Below are positions 63,652-64,000 of a stretch of 64,000 nt of DNA, in pieces (within the stretch, counting starts at the first letter, position 1; the number at the start of each line of letters is the position of its first letter). Source of the stretch: Thermoanaerobaculia bacterium (GTDB lineage: Bacteria; Acidobacteriota; Thermoanaerobaculia; UBA5066); contig JBBRRY010000021.1 in assembly GCA_038245905.1 (NCBI GenBank), positions 1 through 64,000 of the forward strand. The letters run 5' to 3'. Under the pieces are notes generated by a model that made no database searches, had not been told where the DNA came from, and saw only the letters and a program-made list of their open reading frames with translations. Made by a program: the position numbers and the translations under genes.

Positions 63652-64000
63652 ATGGGTACGGCTACACCGCCTCCGACGCCGCGACCGCCCGGCGGCCGCC
63701 CCCCTTCGGGCGGCGAGCCCGTTGCCCAGACGACGGTCACGTCCCGCTTCCGGTTCGAGCAGCGCGCCGTATCGATGGGTCCCTCGGGAGCCTCGATCCT
63801 CCTCGTGATCGGCGCCGTCATCGTAGGAACCTGGCTCTATCTGAAGCCCCCCGGTGTCATCAGCGCTCAGTCGCTCCAGAAGTACGCTGGTTTCGAGTCG
63901 AACATGGAGGCGGTGCTTCTGCGCAGCTGCGCGCCGCCAGGCTGCGCGGCCGTGTATCTGACGCCAACGATTGGCAAGGGTTCGAAGGAGGCGCTCGCCG
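63652..64000 (+). CDS. Hypothetical membrane protein, truncated by the window end
   Basis: Open frame MGTATPPP...ILLVIGAVIVGTWLYL...; TACAAT 9 nt upstream. Confidence 0.6.
   Translation, partial: MGTATPPPTPRPPGGRPPSGGEPVAQTTVTSRFRFEQRAVSMGPSGASILLVIGAVIVGTWLYLKPPGVISAQSLQKYAGFESNMEAVLLRSCAPPGCAAVYLTPTIGKGSKEALA

Overview
High-GC bacterial chromosomal window, gene-dense and mostly housekeeping/envelope genes. Gene content (Hanks-type kinases with FGE or TPR domains, VPS10 protein, a characteristic secreted C-terminal domain) suggests Acidobacteriota, perhaps Thermoanaerobaculia; this is inference. No rRNA, tRNA, CRISPR array or transposase was seen. Main content: a selenocysteine formate dehydrogenase alpha gene with a canonical SECIS plus a second in-frame UGA; aguA/aguB; thiol/redox genes; two type II TA pairs; acnA; gltB; peptidoglycan-recycling genes with lysA; a metal-uptake operon; an ECF sigma/anti-sigma/DUF4097 locus. 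Three standout candidates: (1) a tightly coupled 8-gene envelope polyamine operon (DUF4178, small GGK-tail peptide, DUF350, membrane aminopropyltransferase, Tat-lipoprotein flavoenzyme, His-motif membrane protein, SpeD, GT-C transferase); (2) a complete leader-peptide transcription attenuator with Leu-Val-Leu-Ile control codons upstream of gltB; (3) a DUF2946-like His/CxxC uORF whose RSPP codons double as the anti-Shine-Dalgarno of the downstream metal-uptake gene. Many genes look leaderless. All family assignments are from motif recognition by eye; no database searches were run.
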